Shown in pieces: positions 1 to 10,597 of a DNA stretch of 64,000 nt (its first letter is position 1; every line of letters begins with the position of its first letter). The translations under genes were made by a program, and so were the position numbers. Below the pieces are notes generated by a model. It did no database searches. It saw only the letters and a list, made by a program, of their open reading frames with translations, and was not told the origin of the DNA. Source of the stretch: Octopus bimaculoides. Taxonomy: Eukaryota. The DNA lies in the NCBI RefSeq assembly GCF_001194135.2, contig NC_068983.1:27488374-27552373 (forward strand). The letters run 5' to 3'.

Positions 1-317
1 TTGTGTAGGAGTTGGGAGTGTTTTCGGGAGATGTGAATCTCCCTGCTTTGTTGTTGTTCGTTTTTCTTTTTTTGCTCCTTTTCCTCCTTCCTTTTTGGGC
101 TATTTTCCATTCCTCAGTACTTGACTCGTCTTCAGATGAAAACTCTGAAGAATCGGAAGGAGGTAGGGGCTTGTTGTATGCTTCTGTGTTTGCTTGTGTA
201 AGTGGTTGTATTGTTGTTTTTGTTGTTGTTGGTTGTTGAATTTTTGGTTGTGGTGTAAGGGATGTGGGGGAAGGGGTATCAGTTTTTGTATTATCTTTTC
301 ATTTTTCGTCTTCTTTA
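1..317 (-). mobile_element. LINE ORF1-like (L1/Tx1-type) low-complexity fragment, running off the window edge
   Basis: About 100 stop-free codons on the minus strand with no start codon, so absent from the ORF track: KDNTKTDTPSPTSLTPQPKIQQPTTTK...PPSDSSEFSSEDESSTEEWKIAQKGRRKRSKKRKTNNNKAGRFTSPENTPNSYT. The T/P-rich stretch followed by an acidic patch and W..K-rich cluster is typical of ORF1 C-termini. Begins directly after a (TATC)n tract at 318-330. Confidence 0.45.
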
Positions 318-407
318 GATAGATAGATATGCGTGTGTGTTTGTGTGTGTGTGTGTGTGTGTATGTATGTGTGTGTGTGTGTATACAAACATGCGTGTAT
401 ACAAACA

Positions 408-576
408 CGCAGGAGTGGCTGTGTGGTAAGTAGCTTGCTTACCAACTACATGGTGACGGGTTCAGTCCCACTACGTGGCACCTTGAGCAACTGTCTTCTA
501 CTATAGCCTCGGGCTGACCAGAGCCTTGTGAGTGGATTTGGTAGACGGAAACTGAAAGAAGCCCATCGTATTTATG

Positions 577-652
<76 letters not shown>

Positions 653-872
653 TGTGTGTGTGTGTGTGTGTTTGTGTGTCTGTGTTTGTCCCCCCACCAT
701 CGCTTGACAACCGATGCTGGTGTGTTTACGTCCCCGTAACTTAGCGGTTCGGCAAAAAGAGACCGATAGAATAAGTACTAGGCTTACAAAGAATAAGTCC
801 TGGGGTCGATTTTTGCGACTAAAGGCGGTGCTCCAGCATGGCCGCAGTCAAATGACTGAAATAAGTAAAAGA
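408..872 (+). mobile_element. tRNA-derived SINE family A (Octopus OK/OR-like), full length, internal (TA)n(TG)n
   Basis: Head GCAGGAGTGGCTGTGTGG (A box) and GGTTCAGTCCC (B box); central microsatellite; 3' half CATCGCTTGACAACCGATGCTGG...GAGTAAAAGAG-type tail. Approximate TSD GTATACAAACA (397-407) / GTATACATACA (873-883). Homologous copies at 45712 and 61304. Confidence 0.9.
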
Positions 873-1597
873 GTATACATACATACATACATACATACAC
901 ACACACACATATATATACACACACATATATATGTATGTATATAAATGGGAGTGTGTGTAAATACATAGATATAGCAAAATATTACATATATACATACTAT
1001 ATATAACCCTGTGTATTCGTACCCGGCCATTAAGAGAGAGAGGGGGGAGAGAGGAAACAGAGACAAGCTTCTTTAGGCAAGGTTTTTCAGCTAATTACTG
1101 TCAAACTGAAAACACCGTATCACTCTACTTGGTTAAATATTTGCATAACCAATTGTAAACTTCTTTTACTATTGCCACTTCACAGTTCAAAGATTGCAAG
1201 TGAAATTGATTTGACGGAAACTGCGCAGTAGCCCGTCACATCGTCTGTAATTCAAAGATACATATTTTTTTTTATCATTTATGGTGTAATGCTGATTCTA
1301 CTTGAAGTATACTAAGCCTACACGTATCTATGGAATGCTTAACTACTTTCCGCGCTAATTCAATGAAGAGGCCATTCTGACAACTGAATCATTATTATCG
1401 AAGTTGACGGAGATTCATTTTCGCATTCAGTTAGCTATAAGTATATAAGGAGAGTTTACCCCAGGGAAACGATTTCTTAAACTAATGCATGATACATATG
1501 TTGTTAATGAATCGTTTCTGGGTATTTTCAAATAAAGCAATTATTTAAATCAGGAAATACGGGGTTACTTAAGCGGTATCCAATATCTATTCATTAC

Positions 1598-1672
1598 CTT
1601 GATATCAGTGGTAAATTCCTTAATATGCATATTAAACTGAATGAAAATGCTTAAGACAACATAGAAATAATA
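1598..1672 (-). CDS. Candidate 75-nt internal exon of an unidentified gene (YYFYVVLSIFIQFNMHIKEFTTDIK)
   Basis: Strong acceptor (gttcttttcattttttgttttag), donor AAG|GTAATG, phase 0/0, only one frame open. No recognisable partner exons. Confidence 0.25.
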
Positions 1673-2646
1673 CTAAAACAAAAAATGAAAAGAACAAGGC
1701 AGTTGATATGGAGTAATTCTTTTATAGTCCCTTCAGATGTTTTGTGGGATGAATATTAAGGTCGTTTAACATTATAGGACAATCGATAGCTCAAATTTTT
1801 TAGCACAACCCAAACAAGCTATTAAATATATAAAGGACTTAAGAAAACTTTAACCTTTAACACTCTCTTTATATTTTCCCAATTACTGGAAGTAGACAAA
1901 TATTAATAACGAAGTATTAAATAAGATATTAAGAAAACAAACAAACACCAAAATGTTCGTTTTTTTTTTCTACTGAGTGTAAGGAATAAAATCAATATCT
2001 GATCAATATTTTCTTATTTAATATTTATTTATTTATTTATATTTGATAATTGATTGTAACAGCCAACTGGAATTCTGGTAAAACTTCTAACTTCAACTCC
2101 CAATTGATTTCAGTCATTGTTATCTCTCACTTCACGTTCGTATAGTTTTAGTTTTATCTTTTTGCCCTCGTCTTAAGCATTTGCTTTTATTATTTTTGTT
2201 TTGCTGAAGAAACTATTCTTCTGTTGTAATTCAATATCTGAATAAATGATATAAAGACTCCTATTTTCATGCAACAAGAGTCGAAAAATTCATGTTTGCA
2301 TATATAAACAGGCTGGACCGATAAAACTATTCATGAAGTTAAAACGTAAAGCTAAAATGTTGAGGTGAAATATGAATATCTGGAAAAGTAATGAGAGAAT
2401 GGAGAAAATGTTGATGACGAAGACACAAAAAAAGAACAGGAAAACGTTGATAACAAAGACAAGAAACAAAAATAAAATGAAATAGAGGAAGAAGGTGGAG
2501 AAAACAAGGGATATATGAAGAGAAGTTAAGGGACACGAGGAGAGAGAGATAACGCATATTAGAAACGAATGTATGGGAGACCATAAAATGAATAACAGCA
2601 ACAGCAAAAGAAACAACAAAAAACAACATCAACAACAACAAAAATA

Positions 2647-2713
<67 letters not shown>

Positions 2714-3298
2714 TGATGATGATAATGGTAATTTCTATATTATTGCTATAATGAGACGGATGAAGGGATATTACAAGAATAGCTAAGAAAATTTGGGGCG
2801 TTTGGATCAAATATGAAAAACAATATTGAAAGCCAATTCATGGCAAGAAATTTCATAATATGGCCTTAGTCACTTCGGGTCATTCAAAGAAACCCTGGCG
2901 TAAACTTACTGCCAAAGTCCATTGCTCTCTCTAATGAGGCCAATCTCGCAACTGCCAGTCATGCTAAACATAAACTCACGCTCTACTCTCATATTCTTTT
3001 ATTAGTGTGTCTTAAAGAAGATGAAAGTTTAGTTGAAACGAAAAAATGAATGATCTCAGATTTTAACGCTTAAAAATTGTTCATAAACAGAATTTACTCG
3101 TGGTCTATGCTTGATCCAGAACTTATGCTCCTTCAAATTAAACGTGGCTGGCATAAGTTCATCACATCTCACTATTCTGGAATTTTTACAGGTGGCGAAA
3201 CATTACCTTATGGCTTTTCATGTGTTAAAAGCAGATGTTTTTTTTTTTATGATCAGAAGAATCGAGAAGGACGAAACATCTCTATTTTACTTTATTAA

Positions 3299-3367
<69 letters not shown>

Positions 3368-3374
3368 CATTATT

Positions 3375-3760
3375 GTTCAGTAGTTTTATTTTTATAACGT
3401 GCTTTCACTTCACTACCGAGCGCAGCCCTGTGTGCCTTGGGTATGCGCTGTGGTTTGCTGTGATGCTCTTATGGTTACTGTATTGAAAGTGTTTTGCGTA
3501 GGATGTGTGCAGTGCCCAGTAGTGCAATTTTCTGTATGTTATATATATTTGTAAGTCCTGGTGTTTTTGTTATGTATTTGTCTGAATATTTTTTTTATTA
3601 TACCTAAGATAGGAATTGTTTCTGTTTTTAGATTCCACATTCGAGTTTCCTCTATTTCCAGGTCTTTGTATTTTGAAAGTTTTTCCATTTCTTTTAGGGA
3701 AACGTTGTCAACAGCTGGTATTGATACATCAATTAAAAAGCATTTTTTTTCTTCATGATG
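3375..3760 (-). mobile_element. R4/Dong-clade non-LTR retrotransposon, 5'-truncated 3' end (RLE endonuclease C-terminus plus 3' UTR)
   Basis: EEKKCFLIDVSIPAVDNVSLKEMEKLSKYKDLEIEETRMWNLKTETIP...IQKIALLGTAHILRKTLSIQ*, with a small deletion/frameshift. (ATT)n on both sides. Closely related copy at 57935-58490. Confidence 0.9.
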
Positions 3761-3822
<62 letters not shown>

Positions 3823-4114
3823 CATCATCATCATCATCATCATCATTGATAAAAGGGATAGACAACCGAGTGTGATGAAAATGAACAGGAAATAGTTTAT
3901 CGATATCGCATTCTAAAGGCGATATCGATATACTGTATGTGATTAGATTCAAGGGAGGAATAGGCCTCATAGGACGCAAAAATCTGGGTTATCAATGAGG
4001 AAAATAGTTTGGCACAGTATATCACCCAGCTGGTTGAACCGTTTTGTTATTTGTTGTTGCTATTAGAAAAAACAATCTCATATCTAGTGAAAATTTAACA
4101 CACCGAGAATATTT

Positions 4115-5008
4115 ATGAAACTAGATGGAGAACAAAGATTAAACAACTGGAAAACGTCGACATGCTTGGGCAATACTTCAGGAAAGTGGAAATAAAAGAC
4201 AAGACCAACAGCTGTAGGTGACTAAGGGAAAGGGATTTAAACTTATACACCTGGGCAGTGATATGCAGCATCCAGAAAAAGTCTTAAGAACTAATTACAC
4301 TGAGTTCCAAATAGATATGAATAGTGAATAGCCACTTTGTAGGTTATGTGACAGCAAAAACGAAGTTGTCTCTTATGTTGTGAGCAAGTGTAGCAAACTG
4401 GCTTAAAGGGAATACCAAAGGAAACAATAATTTAGTTAAGTTTCGTCACTGAAGATTGTGTGAGAATTATGATCTTGAAAGAACACAGAAATGGTAGAGC
4501 ATAAGCGAAAAGAAATCAGCGAGAATAAGATCTTAAAGGATTTAACAATCCAGTGTGTCTCAGTGACTAAGGCCCGGAGACCAAACATTGTTATAGTGGA
4601 TAAAGGAACGAAGGAAATGAATATCACAGATATTGTCAGAACTGGGGATGCACACGGAAGTGAATGAAAAAGAGTTGGAATATATTAAAAAGTACAAGCT
4701 GCTAAAAGACGTGTTTGCAGAAATGTGGGCAATGAAGAGAGTAATTGCCATTCCAGTTGTTTTAGGGTCACTGAAAGCATTATCAAACAGATCTAAAAAA
4801 AATTGTTGGAGAAATTGGGATTGAAATGAAGGTAGAATATAGTCAGAAAACTTCCTTATTGGGGACAACTAGGATCTTGAGATTGGTACTTGGGAGTTAC
4901 GTGTCGTGGACAGAGACACTATTGGACAATTGACAAGAGATGGCTACCTGCTCCTACTGAACTACCCTGAGCGACTGAGATCGAGTACTCTGAGAAGTGA
5001 AATGGAAA
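4115..5008 (+). mobile_element. R4/Dong-clade non-LTR retrotransposon (second subfamily), decayed 3' ~900 bp
   Basis: Zinc-knuckle remnant CRLCDSKNEVVSYVVSKC (~4338) and RLE motif ARRPNIVIVD (~4572); KELEYIKKYKLLKD...IPVVLG...QKTSLLGTTRILRLVLGS. Many stops and frameshifts. Ends in (TAA)n. Confidence 0.85.
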
Positions 5009-5013
5009 TAATG

Positions 5014-5073
<60 letters not shown>

Positions 5074-5206
5074 GAAGAAGAAGAAGAAGAAGAAGAAGAA
5101 GAAGAAGAAGAAGAAGAAGAAGAAGAAGAAGAAGAAGAAGAAGAAGAAGAAGACGAAGAAGAAGAAGAAGAAGAAGAAGAAGAAGAAGAAGAAGAAGAAG
5201 AAGAAG

Positions 5207-5236
<30 letters not shown>
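5009..5236. repeat. Compound microsatellite (TAA)n then (GAA)n
   Basis: Seen directly. (GAA)n runs 5073-5236 and forms the tail of the preceding retroelement. Confidence 0.97.
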
Positions 5237-5237
<1 letters not shown>

Positions 5238-5463
5238 CACTGACAAAAAGATTTGGAACTAAAAGATTCAGATGTAAATAAGAAAGAAAACACCGAGAAG
5301 GTGCATAAAACGAAGAAATAAATGCACCAAAATAGAGAGAAGCATTATTAAAAATAGCTGTGCACAACAGATCTTCAAATATCGCTTCTGCAATTTTTCA
5401 TAACTATAAATGGTTTCGTTTCCCTCAAATCATTTTGTATTATTCATGCCGCACACACTGCAT

Positions 5464-5495
<32 letters not shown>

Positions 5496-5518
5496 CGACA
5501 ACGATAACGATAACGATA

Positions 5519-5558
<40 letters not shown>

Positions 5559-6214
5559 GAACAACAACAACAACAAATCGAAATATGACTAAAAGAATAC
5601 GGTAAAGTAAAAAAAAAAATATTTTCAAGTTTTACATCCAATGTGCTTCTGAGGGAAATTGGAATAAATCAAACAGGAGTGCTGTGTGATAATTTGATAT
5701 CGCGGTACGATTTATTACAATGGAACCAGAAATGAATGTTTGGGAAGACCTCTGTCTGAAATAGAAGTTACTTTGGTATAAACTTGGCTATTCTTTTTCA
5801 AACTTATAAACTAATTTGTTAAATACACTTGACTAAATCTAATAACAACAATAAAACATATCCTGCATTTGTATACGAATAAGTTATATATANNNNNNNN
5901 NNNNNNNNNNNNNNNNNNNNNNNNNNNNNNNNNNNNNNNNNNNNNNNNNNNNNNNNNNNNNNNNNNNNNNNNNNNNNNNNNNNNNNNNNNNNNNNNNNNN
6001 NNNNNNNNNNNNNNNNNNNNNNNNNNNNNNNNNNNNNNNNNNNNNNNNNNNNNNNNNNNNNNNNNNNNNNNNNNNNNNNNNNNNNNNNNNNNNNNNNNNN
6101 NNNNNNNNNNNNNNNNNNNNNNNNNNNNNNNNNNNNNNNNNNNNNNNNNNNNNNNNNNNNNNNNNNNNNNNNNNNNNNNNNNNNNNNNNNNNNNNNNNNN
6201 NNNNNNNNNNNNNN

Positions 6215-6246
<32 letters not shown>

Positions 6247-6249
<3 letters not shown>

Positions 6250-6400
6250 GAGAATGTACGAAAAAACAACAACAGACGAGGACAGGTGGTGTAAATAACA
6301 AAAGGATGTATTAGTATGACGCTCGGGAATACGGAAAGTCTTTGACGTTTCGAGCTACGGTCTTAAACAGAAAGAATACGGAGACAAGGAGAAAAACATA
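6247..6400 (-). mobile_element. Penelope-like element terminal repeat remnant with degenerate hammerhead motif
   Basis: Minus strand TCTTT-CTGTTTA-A-GACCGTAGCTC-GAAACGTC-AAAGA has the layout of a PLE minimal hammerhead. Flanked by gap/(TA)n. Confidence 0.6.
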
Positions 6401-6531
6401 TATATACATATATATGCGTATATATATTCACACATATACACACACGTATGTCCATACATACGCACACACATATATATATTTATATATGTATGTGTATAGG
6501 TAAATATATATATGTATGTATGTATGTATGT

Positions 6532-6640
<109 letters not shown>

Positions 6641-6892
6641 AACATAGACAGACAGATAAATGTAAGATCCAAGGATCGAGGTGTAGGAAGAAAATGTGCT
6701 TCATATAGAGCCTTGGTCTTTTATCTCATTACGAAAAGTAAATCCTTGTATTCACACGCTGATATATGACCTACGTTGGATCCCTTATCCGCATAATCAC
6801 CGAACCGGGAGCTTAACTATGGTCTATCCATACTATTTACTCAGCATTTCCTGAAACCTCTGGGTCTAATTGACACCACTATCGTTCATAAC

Positions 6893-6932
<40 letters not shown>

Positions 6933-6935
<3 letters not shown>

Positions 6936-7385
6936 GCAGTTCATCAATGGAACAGCTGAGCTACGAAGAATGAGCTACGAAGAAAGAGCTACGACTCTAC
7001 TCTCTGGAGCGAAGACGGAAGAATTTATGCAGTGATATATGTGTGGAAGATACTGGAGTTACTTGCACCAAATTATGGAATTGATACTTATAACAGACCT
7101 CGAATTGAACGGCACTGCACTGTTCCAACAGTCCCAGCTTTCCCATTTAAGGTGAAGACTGTGCTGCAATAGCTTGGGATTCAAGGGCCCACTGGTATTT
7201 AATACCTCGCCAAAACATCTGAGAGATCTCCATTTTCCATGGGACTGGGTAGATGATTTCAAGAAACAACCTGGCTTCTTGCTATTCAAGATCCCAGATG
7301 AACCAATATCAAGGCAGGAAACTAAAAAAAAGACAGCAGTGTCGAACTCCCTCCTTCACCAAAAGCCAATCCCATAGAATTGGCC
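6933..7385 (+). mobile_element. CR1-group LINE, decayed 3' end of ORF2
   Basis: SSMEQLSYEE...ELRLYSLERRR...VIYVWKILE.LAPNYG...NSLGFKGPLVFNTSPKHLRDL...FKKQPGFLLFKIPDEP...AVSNSLLHQ matches the CR1/L2 RT C-terminal pattern. Starts at a (TA)n tract. Confidence 0.8.
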
Positions 7386-7904
7386 AATTCAAAGGTGATT
7401 ATACTAGCGATTCCCCAGCATGACCACAGCATTAGGGCTGAAACATATAAAAGAATGAAGAATAAAAGAGTATATGTATTGATTTTAATGAGGGTACGCT
7501 TGAAAATTAGAAATATAGGCATTCGTGTTCTGCACTATTGTAACACCTGGATATATTGACGAGGCGCATATTTCAAATTTCATGAAAGACGTTGTATATA
7601 TATTTTTCTCTTTTACAGGAATATTCGAGAATCATGTACTTCATTAATTGATCACTCACAGAATAACTCTATTAGTCGAATTAGAATGTCCCTTAAACCG
7701 TTTGTATGCAACTCATTAACACATGTATATGTATGCATATGTGTAAACATAAATACACTAGTTTAGCTTTTTACGTACTTCTACAAGTTTTACAGTGTTA
7801 TGCAGAGTTTCCTACTTAAAATAATAATTTATTTCGTCATTTATCAAGCTGAAGTCAAGTGTTTTAGTAGATACAGCTTTTCAAGTGAACATATTGAACA
7901 ATTT

Positions 7905-8095
7905 CTTCACCATTTGATATAGGGTCTGGATATAGAGAGGATTTTCCATGAGATATCGAAATAGGCCCCTTCGTCTTTAAGTTTCCAGATTAAATCCGAA
8001 AGGGTTGTTGATCTTTTCTCATCATGGTACCTTACAATTGAACGATGGTTGCTATAGCTAGACAATATCGAACTGGAAGAATGAGTGCTCAACTC
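7905..8095 (-). mobile_element. Penelope-like element GIY-YIG endonuclease C-terminal fragment
   Basis: SYSNHRSIVRYHDEKRSTTLSDLIWKLKDEGAYFDISWKILSISRPY matches the PLE pattern R...H...F....K..ST.LS..IW.LK.......I.WKIL....PY. Confidence 0.75.
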
Positions 8096-9109
8096 TGCAA
8101 TAATTATTGGTTAATCTGTAGATTAACATTACTTCCATGCCGAGAAAATTTCTCTCAATTATTACCAAGCCTGCCACATGGAATATTTTCATTTCCTTGA
8201 ATTTAATTTAACTCTTCACATTATTCTATTTCATGTATTTATACATATCGAAATTTTAGTAACGGAGAATTTTTTTTTTAAATCTATTTATAAATAAACT
8301 CGGGTTCATTCATTTACATTTAGAAATTAATTTTGATATACGATTTATTTACATGATTTTCTTGCCTCCCTATTATTCACAAGAAATGTGATTACTACTT
8401 CGATGTATCTCCATTGATTACGTTTCACCTAAATTTTCGAATGAATAAGCGCCGAGATAAATGGTTTTAAATCTCTGTTGGAAGCCAAACTTCAACCTAG
8501 TTCCTATATCTCACTTGACTGAGAATATACCAACAGAGTGAAGCACAAAACTGGAGACGGCGAGAGAAACAGAAATAAAAAGCAATGCATACATAAATAT
8601 ATGCATACACACACACATAACTCATTCCCTCTGTCTCTCTCTCTGCATATATACATATATTGTGTACAGAGAGAGAAGGAGAGAAGAGAGAGAGAAAGGA
8701 AGGAAGTGAGAGGGAAATATTGAATATCTGTATGATAGTATATAAAAGTCGAAATACACACCAGTCAGTTTTAACTAGACAATAGGTCTTATATTTATTT
8801 ATGCGGTAGGTGAAAATTTGATGCTATGACTACTATATATTTCCCCAGTGACATTAATAGCCTAAGTGAAATATAGCTAAAGCAGACAATGAAAACTTGA
8901 TTGTGTTCTCAGCACACCGGGTCTTATTTATTTTGTCTTATTTTTTTTATTAAATGACATTCGATACCTGATTTATTAAATAATTGAAATAGACTAAGTT
9001 GAAATAAAATAAAAATAATGCGCTCTCGAGCTAGTCATCTCTTTTTTAGGATAATTGACAAAGTGAAAGGACTGATATTATTTTAACAAAAGGTTACTTT
9101 TGTGTTGAT

Positions 9110-9320
9110 GTTTTAGTGCCGGGTTTCCATTGATCAAAAAAGCCTATGGACAATGGCATTCCAGCCGTGACCATCATGTTTTCTTATCCAGCACTACATT
9201 ATCAGTTGTATCATATTTTCTAGTACAGTATGCATAACGTGAAGTGAGATTTAGCTGCTATTAGTTGTAAGTCAAGAGACTACGTACATGGGCCCTAGTT
9301 TGGCAGAATTTTAACCATTA
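9110..9320. mobile_element. Interspersed repeat family F (non-autonomous, class unknown), decayed
   Basis: GGCATTCCAGCCGTGACCATC...GAGATTTAGCTGCTATT...GACTACGT motifs recur in reverse orientation at 44530-44720. Confidence 0.5.
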
Positions 9321-9970
9321 ATGAATGTGGATGACAAAAGGTACCCCTACACAAATTTTGTCACCTATATAAGAAATAACTTTGATTGCAGAATAATATA
9401 ATTATTATATTACTATTGTTTACTTTCCAAATCAATATCTTCTACAAAATAACATTTTATTTCACGATTATTGCTTGCTTCCGATTAAATATCGAAGATA
9501 ACTTTTCTTTATACTTTGCATAATGTTAAAGCCCATGTTTACTTATATTGAAACAATTATTTAGAAACGCACAATAAAATTCCTAATACACTATGATCCT
9601 TATTATTTTCTTAAATATCTCTATCAAGTTATTGATGGTCTTTTAATCCGATCGAATCGTCGCAGATTTTTACGCTTCGTAACTTAATTAAATTGATAAG
9701 TAAGATATTCGTCCAGGCTGTTTTAAATTCTTGCTTACATGGGACACGATAAACATGTAGTATTGTTCGCAAGACTAAAAGTATGATACGTTTCTTCTTT
9801 CAAGGAGAACCGTAATTAAATGTAAATAGTTAGTCTCACTTGTACAAATGTTTCTAGCTTTCCATCTTTCGGGGAAACGTTTTATACCGTGTGATTTCAT
9901 GTACGACAGGTCATAATTGAAATTTGCACCTGAAGCCATATATTTATGCTTGCTGTTGTTGTTAGTTGTT

Positions 9971-10083
<113 letters not shown>

Positions 10084-10538
10084 GAATAAAAAGTTTTGAA
10101 TAGTATAACAGCGCACTATAATGCAAAAAATATTCGGCCAGGCTGTCCTTGGCGAAAAAGAAGAATACAACAGTCAATGAACAATCTACAAAAACATATC
10201 AAATCATATAAACCCTACCATTTCGAAGGGTGTGGTTTAAAAAAAATGGGGAAAAATTCCTGAAAAATTTTCCCCACAAATTTCTTTATAATCGTAATCT
10301 ATGCCGTTTGAAAGGGATTTGTATAAATTTTCATTAAAAGCTACCAATCTTCCCGAAAGTTATGAGAGAAATCATTCAGATCTTGTAAATTTTCCGAAAC
10401 TCTTCTATCCACTCCCTCATAAAAATTCTTTCCCATAAATCCCTAGCGGTACTTGTAGAAAATTTTGTTAATAGGAATTCACTTTTACAGTTGTTATGAG
10501 GCAACAAAAACTCGGTGGCGTATACATCNNNNNNNNNN

Positions 10539-10597
<59 letters not shown>

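Noticed and set aside
1340-1400. Minus-strand peptide CQNGLFIELARKV resembling the CNG-channel CEAGLLVELVLKL motif
   Set aside because: Preceded by in-frame stops, weak acceptor, and too close to the 1598-1672 candidate exon to accommodate the intervening C-linker. Treated as coincidence.
4906-5262. Poly-Ile/poly-Glu ORF
   Set aside because: Formed by the (TAA)n(GAA)n tail of a decayed retrotransposon.
7619-7703. Plus-strand candidate exon (NIRESCTSLIDHSQNNSISRIRMSLKPF); similar candidate at 42785-42888
   Set aside because: Good acceptor but weak donor and no recognisable homology. Such candidates arise by chance on both strands in AT-rich DNA.
10200-10480. Possible non-autonomous DNA transposon relics (also 40480-40700 and 44745-44900)
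   Set aside because: Only vague motif resemblance; no TIR pair or TSD could be shown.
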